From Myxococcota bacterium (GTDB taxonomy: Bacteria > Myxococcota_A > UBA796 > CAJQPC01): DNA of 64,000 nt. The first letter of the stretch is position 1. The number at the start of each line of letters is the position of its first letter. This document shows positions 20,485 through 29,437 of the stretch, one piece after another. Location of the stretch: the NCBI GenBank assembly GCA_036012755.1, contig DASCPX010000087.1, forward strand, positions 32,702 through 96,701, read 5' to 3'. The notes under the pieces are model-generated. The model was not told the DNA's origin. It worked only from the letters and a program-made list of their open reading frames with translations, and did no database searches. Made by a program: the position numbers and the translations under genes.

Positions 20485-21780
20485 ATGGCTCGCGTCATCG
20501 TCGTCGGCTCAGGCATCTCGGGCCTTGCTGTGGCCGCCTGGCTCAGCGAGGACCACGAGGTCATCGTGCTCGAGGCGAGCGACACACCCGGGGGGAACGT
20601 CCGCTCGGAGGTGATCGAGGGCTTCGTCTTCGACAAGGCCGCCAACGGCTGGCTCGATGACGAGCCCGCGGTCGCGCGCTTGCTGGAGAAGCTCGATGTC
20701 GAGGAGGTGAAGGCGACAGAGGGTGATCGCTACGTCGTGCTCGACGGAGAGCTGGTGGCGCTGCCCACGAGCCCAAAGGCCTTCCTCACCTCGCCGGTGT
20801 TGCCCTGGTGGGCCCGCCTGCGCGCCATGCTGGAGCCCCTGATGCGGCGGGGCCCCGACGAGGAGTCCGTGGCCAGCTTCGCCAGGCGGCGCCTGGGTGA
20901 TCGGGCGCTCCGCAACCTCATCGGACCGATGGTCAGCGGGGTCTACGCGGGGAATCCGGAGCGCCTGTCCCTGGCGGCCTGCTTCCCCAAGCTGAAGGTG
21001 ATGGAGCGCGAGCACGGCTCCTTGATCCTGGCGGCGCGCCACCGCGGCGGCGGCTTCGGCCCGAAGGGTCGGCTCACCACCCTGCGTGGGGGCGCCGGCG
21101 AGCTCACCCTCGCCCTGGCCGCAGGCCTCGATGTGCGCACGGGGGCTACCGTCGAGCGCATCGAGCCGGGCTGGAGGGTGCTGGGGCCAGAGCTCGAGAT
21201 GCGCTGCGACGCAGTGGTGCTCGCCACCCCCGCCTACACCTCGGCCACCATCACCCGCGCGCTCGACAACGAGCTCGCGGCCGGCCTCGAGGCGACCCCC
21301 TACGCTGGAGTCGCGGTCGTCTGCGCCGGCCTGCCCCGCGTCGATGGCCTGCCCGACGGCTTCGGCGCCCTGGTTCCGGTGGAGGAGGGCCTGGGCATCC
21401 TCGGCACGCTGTTCACCTCGTCGATCTTCCCCGGACACGGCCCAGAGGACGGCTTCGCCTTGCGCACCATCCTCGGCGGTGCCCGCAACCCGCTGCAGGC
21501 CACCCTCGACCCACAGGAGCTCGCGGCCATCGCCCGGCGTGACAACGAGGCCCTGTTGGGTCCCCTGCCCCCGCCCCTGGTGACGCGCGTGTACCAGCAC
21601 CCCCGGGGCATCCCGCAGTACGTGCTGGGGCACCGCGACCGGGTCCGCGGAGTACGGGCCACCGCGGCGGCGCACCCGGGGCTGTTCCTGGTCGGGAACC
21701 ACCTCGAGGGCATCGGCGTGAAGAACTGCATCGCCGCCGGCGAGACCTGCGCTGCACGAGTCGGACAGTGGCTCAGCTGA
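20485..21780 (+). CDS. hemY: Protoporphyrinogen/coproporphyrinogen oxidase, HemY family
   Basis: VVGSGISGL..LEA..GG, ESVASFARRRLG, PMVSGVYAG, GFGALVP, GIPQY, GIGVKNCI. Confidence 0.9.
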   Translation: MARVIVVGSGISGLAVAAWLSEDHEVIVLEASDTPGGNVRSEVIEGFVFDKAANGWLDDEPAVARLLEKLDVEEVKATEGDRYVVLDGELVALPTSPKAFLTSPVLPWWARLRAMLEPLMRRGPDEESVASFARRRLGDRALRNLIGPMVSGVYAGNPERLSLAACFPKLKVMEREHGSLILAARHRGGGFGPKGRLTTLRGGAGELTLALAAGLDVRTGATVERIEPGWRVLGPELEMRCDAVVLATPAYTSATITRALDNELAAGLEATPYAGVAVVCAGLPRVDGLPDGFGALVPVEEGLGILGTLFTSSIFPGHGPEDGFALRTILGGARNPLQATLDPQELAAIARRDNEALLGPLPPPLVTRVYQHPRGIPQYVLGHRDRVRGVRATAAAHPGLFLVGNHLEGIGVKNCIAAGETCAARVGQWLS

Positions 21781-22046
21781 AGTCCATCGAAGACTGCCGG
21801 AGCTGCGGGGCCTGCTGTCACCTGGGCTTCCACCGCGTCGAGGTCGAGGAGGACGAGGGCATCCCCGAGTGCGCGGTGGACGACTTCGGGCGCCATCTCC
21901 CGCGGCCGAACGGGAGCTGCGTCCACCTCGAGCAGCCCGAGCACAGCTGCCGGATCTACGAGCAGCGCCCTCGCAGCTGCCGGGACTTCGTCATCGGAGG
22001 GCCCGCCTGTCTGGAGGCTAGAAGTCGAGCCAGTGTGGACTGCTGA
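21768..22046 (+). CDS. YkgJ-family (CxxCxxCC) cysteine-cluster protein
   Basis: DCRSCGACC...CVHL...CRIYEQRPRSCRDF. Confidence 0.88.
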   Translation: MAQLKSIEDCRSCGACCHLGFHRVEVEEDEGIPECAVDDFGRHLPRPNGSCVHLEQPEHSCRIYEQRPRSCRDFVIGGPACLEARSRASVDC

Positions 22047-23841
22047 CGGCCCAGTCCTCGCCGCGCAGCACCACCACGAGCCACCGCTCGGCGCTCACCC
22101 GGTGCCAGCCGGCGCCGCTGGCGACGAGACCTCCATCAGCCCACAGCTCGGCGTCCACCGAGAGGTAGACCCGGTAGCCAGGGGTCGGCAGGGTGGCTTC
22201 CTGGACTTCCCACGAGAAGTACGGCCCAGTGGTGGCGAGGCTCTGGCCGGTCACGAGCCCGCGCTCCATGGCGGCCACCGAGGGGAGACCCGCAGAGGTG
22301 TCCGCGGGAGTCCAGGTCAGCGGCCCCGCGACCCCCACCCGCAGTCCCTGGTCCAACAAGCCGAAGTAGGTGTCGAGGTCGTCGAGGGATTCCAACAACA
22401 GCAGGTCCGGATCCTCGGGCCACAGCGCCGAGTTTCCAGCAGCCTCCACCCACGTCGCGTCGACGACGAGGACGCGGTTCGGCGAGTCGTAGCCGTCGGC
22501 GACCGCGAGCAAATCGCTGGCGTCGAGCCCCTCCCAGCGTACGGCGCCGTGCCCGGCTCGCTTGTCGTTGGCGGACCAGGGCCAGGACCAGACCCGGCCG
22601 ACATCAGCGGTGAGCGCCAGCGAGCCCACCCTGACCCGGGCCTCTCGGCTCGTCCAGTCCGACTGGTAGGGCCGGCCGATCTCGTCCGGGGGGGCCTGGA
22701 CGATGAAGTCGATGCCCCCTGCCGCGGCGATCTCGATGTCCTCGTTCTGCTCCACGCGCGAGACCCGCGAGGGGAAGGGGGCGCGAAACAGGTCCGCCAG
22801 CACGAGGTCTCCTGGCACGAGGCGCTCGAGCACGACCTCCAGCGAGACGCTTCCCGAGACCTCGACGGTCTCGGACCACTCGGTGTACCCGGGGCCGTGG
22901 TGGACGCGCACCTCGAAGGTCCCCTCCCCCGTCGGCACCGCCGCGCGGCGAGTGACGGGGGTCTCCTCGTCGCCGACCTCTACGACGACGGGGAGCTCGT
23001 GGCCCTGCTCGTCGACGGCGCGCACGAGGAGCTCACCGAAGCCCCCGAGGGGCAGGGTGAGCCCCTCGCCGACGACAACGGGATCTCCGTCGGTGTAGCC
23101 GCTGGACCGGCAGACCAGGGTCTGGGAGGACTCCGGGACGACGGCGTCGAACTCGGGGGCCAGGATGGCCACGCGCTCGCCGGCGCCGTCGAGCACGTCG
23201 ACCTGGTCGCCCTCGCAGGAGCCCGAGACAGGATGGGTGTAGAGCTCGCGCCGGACCTCGTCCCAGGGTCCGACGAGGACCCGCGTGACGCCGTCGATCC
23301 GCTGGGCGCCACCGAGGTCCTCGACGAGCACACCGTCCGTGCCGTAGAGCAGGTCTCCGCGCACGAAGTCGGAGCCCAGGGCGAGCGAGCGCCGGTCCCC
23401 GTGCAGCCACAGTCCGTCGGCGCCGGAGACCTCGAGCCAGGGCACGTCGGGGGGCAGCGTCCAGCGCACTGATCCGACCTGGATGAAGTCCTCGCCCAGC
23501 TCGGTCTCGACCCCTTGGTTCCAGCCCCCGTCTACGACCGGCACCGCCTCCCAGAGCCGATCCCAGTCCCCGACCGGGGCGAAGTCGACGAGGCTGCCGC
23601 CAGGAGCGCCCAAGACCGTGAGCGACTCGCTGGGAGAGCGGATGACGGCGGTGACCATCGAGTTCTGCATGACCCAGTCGCCACGACGCGCGTCGCCACT
23701 TCCGGGTCCTTCGTCATCGCAGCGCCAGGCCTTGACCCTGACCTCGCCCTGGCCCAGCACGACCGGGTCGCAGCCGGCGACCAGGCCGGTGTCGACAGCC
23801 CCGGGGGGAGCGCAGCCGACCAGGGCCGACAGCAGGCTCAG
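22018..23841 (-). CDS. Exported CehA/McbA-like PHP-fold protein with degenerate metal sites
   Basis: GDWVMQNS..AVI, GGSLVD, VHHGPGY, ADLFRA..AAAGGIDFIV, ATTGPY patterns; LVGC lipobox near 23810. Start uncertain (CTG overlapping the upstream stop assumed). Confidence 0.6.
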   Translation of the reverse strand: MSLLSALVGCAPPGAVDTGLVAGCDPVVLGQGEVRVKAWRCDDEGPGSGDARRGDWVMQNSMVTAVIRSPSESLTVLGAPGGSLVDFAPVGDWDRLWEAVPVVDGGWNQGVETELGEDFIQVGSVRWTLPPDVPWLEVSGADGLWLHGDRRSLALGSDFVRGDLLYGTDGVLVEDLGGAQRIDGVTRVLVGPWDEVRRELYTHPVSGSCEGDQVDVLDGAGERVAILAPEFDAVVPESSQTLVCRSSGYTDGDPVVVGEGLTLPLGGFGELLVRAVDEQGHELPVVVEVGDEETPVTRRAAVPTGEGTFEVRVHHGPGYTEWSETVEVSGSVSLEVVLERLVPGDLVLADLFRAPFPSRVSRVEQNEDIEIAAAGGIDFIVQAPPDEIGRPYQSDWTSREARVRVGSLALTADVGRVWSWPWSANDKRAGHGAVRWEGLDASDLLAVADGYDSPNRVLVVDATWVEAAGNSALWPEDPDLLLLESLDDLDTYFGLLDQGLRVGVAGPLTWTPADTSAGLPSVAAMERGLVTGQSLATTGPYFSWEVQEATLPTPGYRVYLSVDAELWADGGLVASGAGWHRVSAERWLVVVLRGEDWAVSSPHWLDF

Positions 23842-24590
23842 TCCCCCTCGAAGGTGACCGAGATGGGCACGAGCCGCGCTTTCTTGGACCACCCTACGGC
23901 TTCGGGAGCCATGTCCGTGTACCAGTAGGCGCGCGTCTCGCCAGGCTTGACCGGGACCTTCCACTCTTCCTCGATGGGCATGTTGCCGGGAGCCTGCGGA
24001 GCCACCAGCGGCCAGCGGTCCTTGTCGATCACGTTGCCCTCGATGTCGAGGTACTGCAGCTCCATGTTGAGCGTCGTGATGGTCCTGGTGCCCGTGTTCG
24101 TGACCTCTGAGGTGAAGAGGTAGCCGTCGAGGGCCCCATCGGGGTCCTCTGCGAGGTTCACGGGCTCGATCTCGACCCGCCCGATCTCGAGCTGGTCGAC
24201 GTATGCGTTCATGGCGACCCGGCGGCGGGCCTCCTGCTTGCGCTTCTTGCTGCCCTTCGGGTACTCATCGAGCCAGGTCTGCCAGGCCTCGACGGAGTTG
24301 CTGTCCTCGGCCCAGGCGTAGAGGAACTCCTCCCGCTCCTCGACGGCGATCTCGGCGAGCTGGGACTTGGGGTTGCCCTGGTACATCTCGAGGTAGTGGT
24401 CGTAGGCCTCGAGGGTCTTGTCCTTCCGAGCCTTCTCCAGGTACAGCTCCTCGAGGCGGATCTCCGCCATCGTGATGCTGGGGCTGTTGGGCGCGGCCTG
24501 GATGAAGGCCTCGTAGGCCTCGATCGAGTCGGCCTTCTGGACCTCGTGGAAGGAGGGGCCACAGGCGAGCAGGGCAAGGAGCGCGAGCAT
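23838..24590 (-). CDS. Hypothetical lipoprotein (helical repeats plus C-terminal Ig-like/FxLYD-like domain)
   Basis: LLAC lipobox; repeated SIEAYEAF/TLEAYDHY/SVEAWQTW; EVTNTG...LQYLDIEGNVID..VKPGET. Confidence 0.75.
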   Translation of the reverse strand: MLALLALLACGPSFHEVQKADSIEAYEAFIQAAPNSPSITMAEIRLEELYLEKARKDKTLEAYDHYLEMYQGNPKSQLAEIAVEEREEFLYAWAEDSNSVEAWQTWLDEYPKGSKKRKQEARRRVAMNAYVDQLEIGRVEIEPVNLAEDPDGALDGYLFTSEVTNTGTRTITTLNMELQYLDIEGNVIDKDRWPLVAPQAPGNMPIEEEWKVPVKPGETRAYWYTDMAPEAVGWSKKARLVPISVTFEGD

Positions 24591-24614
24591 CGTTCTCTCC
24601 GGCGAGAAGAGCGA

Positions 24615-25337
24615 CTAACCGGCCAGCGTCGCCACGATGAGCACGACGACGAGCGCGACCTGCTGCGCGGCCCCGAGCACATCTCCGGTGAGCCCACCGA
24701 TTCGGCGCCGGGCGTGCCAGGAGATCAGCCCGCTGGTGCCGGTGACGGCGAGCAGGGCCGGAAAGAACCACCAGCCGAGACACCAGAGCCCGATGATCCC
24801 CGAGAACAGCCAGGCGAGAGCCAGGCCCTTGCCGCTGAGGCGACCGCCCATGCGAGCGAGGAGGCCGTCTTCACGAGCAGGTCGGGCGGATGCCACCAAG
24901 GTGGTGAGCACGGCCCTGGAGACGACATGGGCGACGATCAGCCCAGAAGCGCCGGTGAGCGCGGAGACCGCTCCGACCTGCAACAGCAGCGAGAGCACGA
25001 CCGCGACCACGCCGTAGGTCCCGAGCATCGAGTCCCGCAGGATGCGCAGCTGGCGCTCGGCGTCCCCGCCCGCTCCGAAGGCGTCAGCGGTGTCGGCGAG
25101 GCCATCGATGTGGAGGGCACCGGTGAGGAAGACCCCGGCTGTGACGGTGAGGGTGGCCCCGAGCCACGCTGGCAGGCCACCGAAGATCCACCACACAACG
25201 GCCAGGATCAGCCCGACTCCCAGCCCCACCAGCGGGTAGAAGGGCGCGCCGCGCCGGAGATCCTCGTCGGTGATGTCCCCGTACACGGGCACCGGCACGC
25301 GGGTGAGCACGACGATGGCGACGATCAAGGCACGCAC
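24615..25337 (-). CDS. cobS: Adenosylcobinamide-GDP ribazoletransferase (cobalamin synthase)
   Basis: LTRVP, FYPLVG, TGALHIDGLADTADA, RDSMLGTYG, GGLTGDVLGA. Confidence 0.93.
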   Translation of the reverse strand: MRALIVAIVVLTRVPVPVYGDITDEDLRRGAPFYPLVGLGVGLILAVVWWIFGGLPAWLGATLTVTAGVFLTGALHIDGLADTADAFGAGGDAERQLRILRDSMLGTYGVVAVVLSLLLQVGAVSALTGASGLIVAHVVSRAVLTTLVASARPAREDGLLARMGGRLSGKGLALAWLFSGIIGLWCLGWWFFPALLAVTGTSGLISWHARRRIGGLTGDVLGAAQQVALVVVLIVATLAG

Positions 25338-25350
25338 GAGACCGAGGCTA

Positions 25351-25971
25351 CTACTCCTCGTCGAGGACCTCGACCAAGCGGTCCCGAACCCGAAGCACGA
25401 AGCGGTCCCAGCGCTGCCCGGGCCCGTGGCCGAGCAGCCTCTGGAGCCCGGCTTCCTGCTCCGGAGCAGTGGGGAGCCTGGCGATCGATCCGAGCTCCTC
25501 CAGCGCATCCACAAACGGCATGCTGAGCGCGTGGCCGAGCGTCTTGGACAGCGGGTGACAGAAGTGCTTCAACACCGCGAGGCGCTGGGCGGCGTAGGCC
25601 GTGTAGGCCGGCGGGAGCTCGCCCAGGCGGGGCACGAGCACCCTCGCAGAGTTCTCGACCCGCTCCCAAGGATCGTAGCGGCGCCTGCCGTCGACGATCG
25701 GTGGGTACAGGGTCCTGCGGCGTGCTGCCTTTCTCGCGAGGGTGTTGAACCTCTTGAGCAGGGCTGCCTTGCAATAGGCCTTCGGAGCGTCGATGCCCCC
25801 CTTGGCAAGGGCCTCCGACAGTGGCTTGCAGGTGTCCTGGACGAGCTGGTCGGCCAGCTGGGTGCTGATCGATCGCGCCTCTCGGAAGAGCAGCGGGCGC
25901 AGAGCGGACGCAATGGGGGCGGCCTCACCAGAGGCGTGGAGCTTTCGGATGGCATGCCAGCCCGCGTCCAT
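25351..25971 (-). CDS. ECF sigma-factor region-2-like protein
   Basis: LRPLLFREAR...ADQLVQDT...KAYCKAALLKRFNTLARK resembles sigma2 (AEDLVQET..F.AWL..IARN...R); region 4 not clearly recognisable. Confidence 0.5.
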   Translation of the reverse strand: MDAGWHAIRKLHASGEAAPIASALRPLLFREARSISTQLADQLVQDTCKPLSEALAKGGIDAPKAYCKAALLKRFNTLARKAARRRTLYPPIVDGRRRYDPWERVENSARVLVPRLGELPPAYTAYAAQRLAVLKHFCHPLSKTLGHALSMPFVDALEELGSIARLPTAPEQEAGLQRLLGHGPGQRWDRFVLRVRDRLVEVLDEE

Positions 25972-26044
25972 TACAATAGTCTTACCTGCTCGACCTGACA
26001 CTACACGGTCGCCAGCCCTCCAGCAACAAACTACCGAATATCGC

Positions 26045-29000
26045 TTGCAACAGTTGGTCGCTCCAGTGTTCGTCTCCCAGGTCGCGGCAGCCATGGCTGC
26101 TCACGGCGATCCGAAGATCGCCGAGCGGTATGCGCCCGGAGGGGCGCGCCTTGCCCACTACGAACGCGTCGCCTCTTCGCTGCTGCGGAGGCTCGGGGGA
26201 GACGCCGGGATGGCAGGGCTCCTGCACGGCTGCCCGGACGATCTGCCCGAGGCGGTCGAGGCTGCGATCTCGCCAGGAGCTCGCGGGATCCTCCGCGACT
26301 ACGAGCGCCTCCGCGCGCCCTTCCTGTCTCCCGACTCGATCCCTGGCCTCGGGCGTCGCATGATCGAGGAGATGCTCCCCGAGGTGAGGCGGCCAGAGGC
26401 CATCGCCCTCCTCCTCTGCGAGCAGCGCGACCACCTCGACCCCACCGGAGAGCTGACCGGGTGGCTCGTCGCCATGCACCGAGAGCCGGAGCTCGTCTGT
26501 GAGCTCCCTCCACGCGGCCTCGTGCCGATGGTGCGCGAGTTCTCGCTTCACCTCGAGTACGCCGAGGTGGGTCTCTGTCCACTGGCGGAGGAGCTGGGGC
26601 TGTTCTTCGACCGCAACCGGCTCGATGATCTCGTACTCCTCCATCGTGATCCGGATCGGGCCCGGAGGATTCGCCAGTTCGTCGCCGACCAGGCAGGACC
26701 GGGCGGACTCGCCGCGCGGGGAGCGGAGAAAGTCCGAAACCTGTTCCTCGCCTCGGAGAAGGCCCGCGAGTCCATCCTGAGCTGCAACTGGGAGTGGCGG
26801 CACCTCGGGCGTCTCTCTCGCGTGCTGGGCCCTGACGAGACCGGCTGGGAGAGGCAGCTCCGCCTCTGCGGCTTCGTGACCATCAAGTGCAGCGGCAAGA
26901 GCGCCGCATACCGTGCGCTCGGAGCCCTTCATCAGCTCCGACGCTGCGACCCCAGCGCCTTTCGGGACTACATCTCCGCCAAGCGCATCAGCCAGTACCG
27001 CGCCATCCACACGGCGATCGCGGTCCCGGAGATCGGCGTGGACGGGCCCTTTCCGGTGCGGCTGCTCGCGAGCCAGAGCGCCGAGTCCCGCTACCACGAG
27101 GTCGGGCCGGACGACCTCGGGCAGATCCGCCCGAGGTTGGGACCGCAGCGCTCCGACGCCGACCGCTTCACCGCCTACACCCCGGCAGGAGAGGTGAAGC
27201 GACTGCCCCACGGGGCGGCGGTCCTCAACTTCGCCCTGGAGGTCCACCGGAGCTGGGTCTGCCTGGTCGATCACGCCGTCGTCGCCGGCGAGCACCGAGG
27301 TCTCCTCGACCCCGTCCACGAGGGCGAGGCCGTCGATCTCGTCCTGTTGCCGCAGCCCAGGCCCCTGCCCAAGGGCTGGAAGAAGGCGACCCCCCAGAGC
27401 ACCCACGCGGCGATCAAGGCCGGAGCCCGGCGCGCGATGCACGAGCAGCGCCACAAGCAAGGACTGGACTGGGTCGCCATGAAGCTGCAGGAGTCGGGCA
27501 TCGAGGTGGCCCGCGAACGCATAGAGGACTTCGTCGCGGAGGCCGCACGCCAGGCCGCTGCTCGGGAGAAGCTCATCTCGAGCAAAGGAAGCAAGGGGTC
27601 CCCGGGCGGCTGGTGGCTGCGCCAGATCGGGATCCTCCAAGCCCATCGACAGGGAGAACCCACCTACACGAAGGTCGCGATCCAGGAGCATCACCTCGAC
27701 GTACTGCTGCGGACGCTTTGCCGGATCACGGGGACGGTGCTCGACCTGGACTTCGACGCCGAGCTCCGCCTGGGCACCGAGCGCTTCGTCGACTGCGCCC
27801 GCTGCGTTCCCGATCGGGACGGTCCCCTGGCTGTCGTCCGGAGTGGCAAGGAGCTGCGGTTCCACCGGGCAGGCGCCCCCTGCGCTGCAGGCGCCAGCGA
27901 GGTCCGGACGGTGCGCTGGGCGGTCGCACGCCACTACGTCTTGATCGAGGGGAGCAACCGGAAGGGGCTGTTCCGCGATGTCCTCGACGACGTGCGGGAC
28001 CTCGAGCTGGACGTGATCGACTTCGTCGGCCGCCGCTTCGGGCGCAACTGGGCCGTCGCCCGGCTCGAGCTGGACTGCAACGACAGGCGCGTGCTCGACG
28101 AGCTCGTCCGCCACCTGCAGCGCGTCAGGGGTGTCACGCGAGTGCTCCTGGACGAGCGAGACCCCTTCCTGGAGAACGGCCTGCCCGATCGCCTGGAGGA
28201 CAACCAGCTCCCGGGAGCGGGGGTCCGGGGCAACCCCTACGTACGCGGCGGACCGGTCTACCGGGACGAGAAGTTCTATGGACGAGAGCTGGAGTTCCAC
28301 ACGCTCCTCGGGCTCCTCGCCGATGTCCGCCAAGGCGGCCAGATGGCCTGCATCGAGGGGCCGCTGAAGGTCGGAAAGACCTCGCTGGCGCACCGGGTGC
28401 TCAGAGAGGTCAGCCGCCACGCGGACCTCTGGATCCCGGTCTACTACACGACACCCCACGGGACGTCGTGGTCCAGCCGGTACCGGGCTCCGGGAGTGGA
28501 TCTCCCCCCCGCCCGAGACGCCATCGCAGAGCTCCTGGCGCGCTCGGCGGCAGAGGCGGTCCGTCGCCGTGGACTCACCAGCAGCGTGCCCGAGTACGAC
28601 TCACTCGACGACCTCCTGAAGAAGCTGCTGCAGTGGCCAGAGCGCCCGCGCATCGTCCTGGTCATCGACGAGGCCGCGCGCCTTGCGCTGAACTCGGTCG
28701 AGGAGCTGTCCGCTCGAAAGGAGAGCAACACGGGCATCGAGAAGCGAATCGAGGAGGGCCAGCGGGACATCACGCTCGCCGAGCTGGAGCTCCGACCCTC
28801 TGCCAGGCCTGACGCCGACGACCTGGCGCGCTTCGCCCAGAGCGTGGTCTCCAAGCCCGGGCTGGCGGTGATCTGGGTCGGTCCCACGCCTTCGTTCGCG
28901 TCGATCCCCAGCGGCCTCTCGCTGCGTCACGAGCTCTACACGTCCGTTCGACGGATCCCTCTCGGCGCCTTCGGGATCACCGAGGTCGGCCTGCTTCTGT

Positions 29001-29437
29001 CAGCGAAGAAGCTGCGTCCAGCCTCACCGATCCGCTTCCTCGACATCACGCTCCAGGACGTGCACCGGCTCACCGGTGGTGACCCCCTGTTCGTCGGCGC
29101 CATCGCGGACGAGCTGTGGAGTGGTCGACCGGAGGAGGGCTCGCTGGAGTACAGCCCCGAGATGGTGGCGCGCGCTGCCGATCGTGTCCGGAGATTCGGC
29201 TACGAGCTGGACTGCCGGATCGGGCAGTTCGGTCCCCTGCGCCTGCTCGGGCAACAGCTGCTCCAGGGGATGGTGGAGCGCCCCCATCGACCGACAGATC
29301 GGCTCGACGGAGTCGCACCAGACCTGCACCGACACCTCCTCGACATGCTCTGCATGGCCGGTCTCGCCGTCGTCGACGAGGACGAAGACCATCGGCTTGC
29401 CGCACCCCTGATGAAAAAGTACTTGGGGGCGCTGTGA
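26045..29437 (+). CDS. Fusion of degenerate long RelA/SpoT homologue (HD-SYNTH-TGS-ZFD-ACT) and STAND-type NTPase
   Basis: AAH..H..VA..L..AGLLHG (HD-like); PLAEELG..LDDL; YRALGALH..FRDYIS..YRAIHT (SYNTH-like); YTPAGEVKRLPHGAAVLNFALEVH (TGS); CARCVP..FHRA..C (ZFD); NRKGLFRDV..LQRVRGVTRV (ACT); NPYVRGGPV..FYGRE, GPLKVGKT, VLVIDEA, TGGDP (STAND). Start is TTG 26045, GTG 26066 or ATG 26093. Confidence 0.85.
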   Translation: MQQLVAPVFVSQVAAAMAAHGDPKIAERYAPGGARLAHYERVASSLLRRLGGDAGMAGLLHGCPDDLPEAVEAAISPGARGILRDYERLRAPFLSPDSIPGLGRRMIEEMLPEVRRPEAIALLLCEQRDHLDPTGELTGWLVAMHREPELVCELPPRGLVPMVREFSLHLEYAEVGLCPLAEELGLFFDRNRLDDLVLLHRDPDRARRIRQFVADQAGPGGLAARGAEKVRNLFLASEKARESILSCNWEWRHLGRLSRVLGPDETGWERQLRLCGFVTIKCSGKSAAYRALGALHQLRRCDPSAFRDYISAKRISQYRAIHTAIAVPEIGVDGPFPVRLLASQSAESRYHEVGPDDLGQIRPRLGPQRSDADRFTAYTPAGEVKRLPHGAAVLNFALEVHRSWVCLVDHAVVAGEHRGLLDPVHEGEAVDLVLLPQPRPLPKGWKKATPQSTHAAIKAGARRAMHEQRHKQGLDWVAMKLQESGIEVARERIEDFVAEAARQAAAREKLISSKGSKGSPGGWWLRQIGILQAHRQGEPTYTKVAIQEHHLDVLLRTLCRITGTVLDLDFDAELRLGTERFVDCARCVPDRDGPLAVVRSGKELRFHRAGAPCAAGASEVRTVRWAVARHYVLIEGSNRKGLFRDVLDDVRDLELDVIDFVGRRFGRNWAVARLELDCNDRRVLDELVRHLQRVRGVTRVLLDERDPFLENGLPDRLEDNQLPGAGVRGNPYVRGGPVYRDEKFYGRELEFHTLLGLLADVRQGGQMACIEGPLKVGKTSLAHRVLREVSRHADLWIPVYYTTPHGTSWSSRYRAPGVDLPPARDAIAELLARSAAEAVRRRGLTSSVPEYDSLDDLLKKLLQWPERPRIVLVIDEAARLALNSVEELSARKESNTGIEKRIEEGQRDITLAELELRPSARPDADDLARFAQSVVSKPGLAVIWVGPTPSFASIPSGLSLRHELYTSVRRIPLGAFGITEVGLLLSAKKLRPASPIRFLDITLQDVHRLTGGDPLFVGAIADELWSGRPEEGSLEYSPEMVARAADRVRRFGYELDCRIGQFGPLRLLGQQLLQGMVERPHRPTDRLDGVAPDLHRHLLDMLCMAGLAVVDEDEDHRLAAPLMKKYLGAL

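Noticed and set aside
24615..25337. Isolated cobS as a sign of a novel cobamide pathway
   Set aside because: Scattered cobamide salvage or nucleotide-loop genes are common; nothing unusual in the sequence.
26045..28150. Calling the RSH-like region relA/spoT
   Set aside because: Catalytic HD and synthetase motifs are missing and it is fused to an ATPase, so the gene symbol would mislead.
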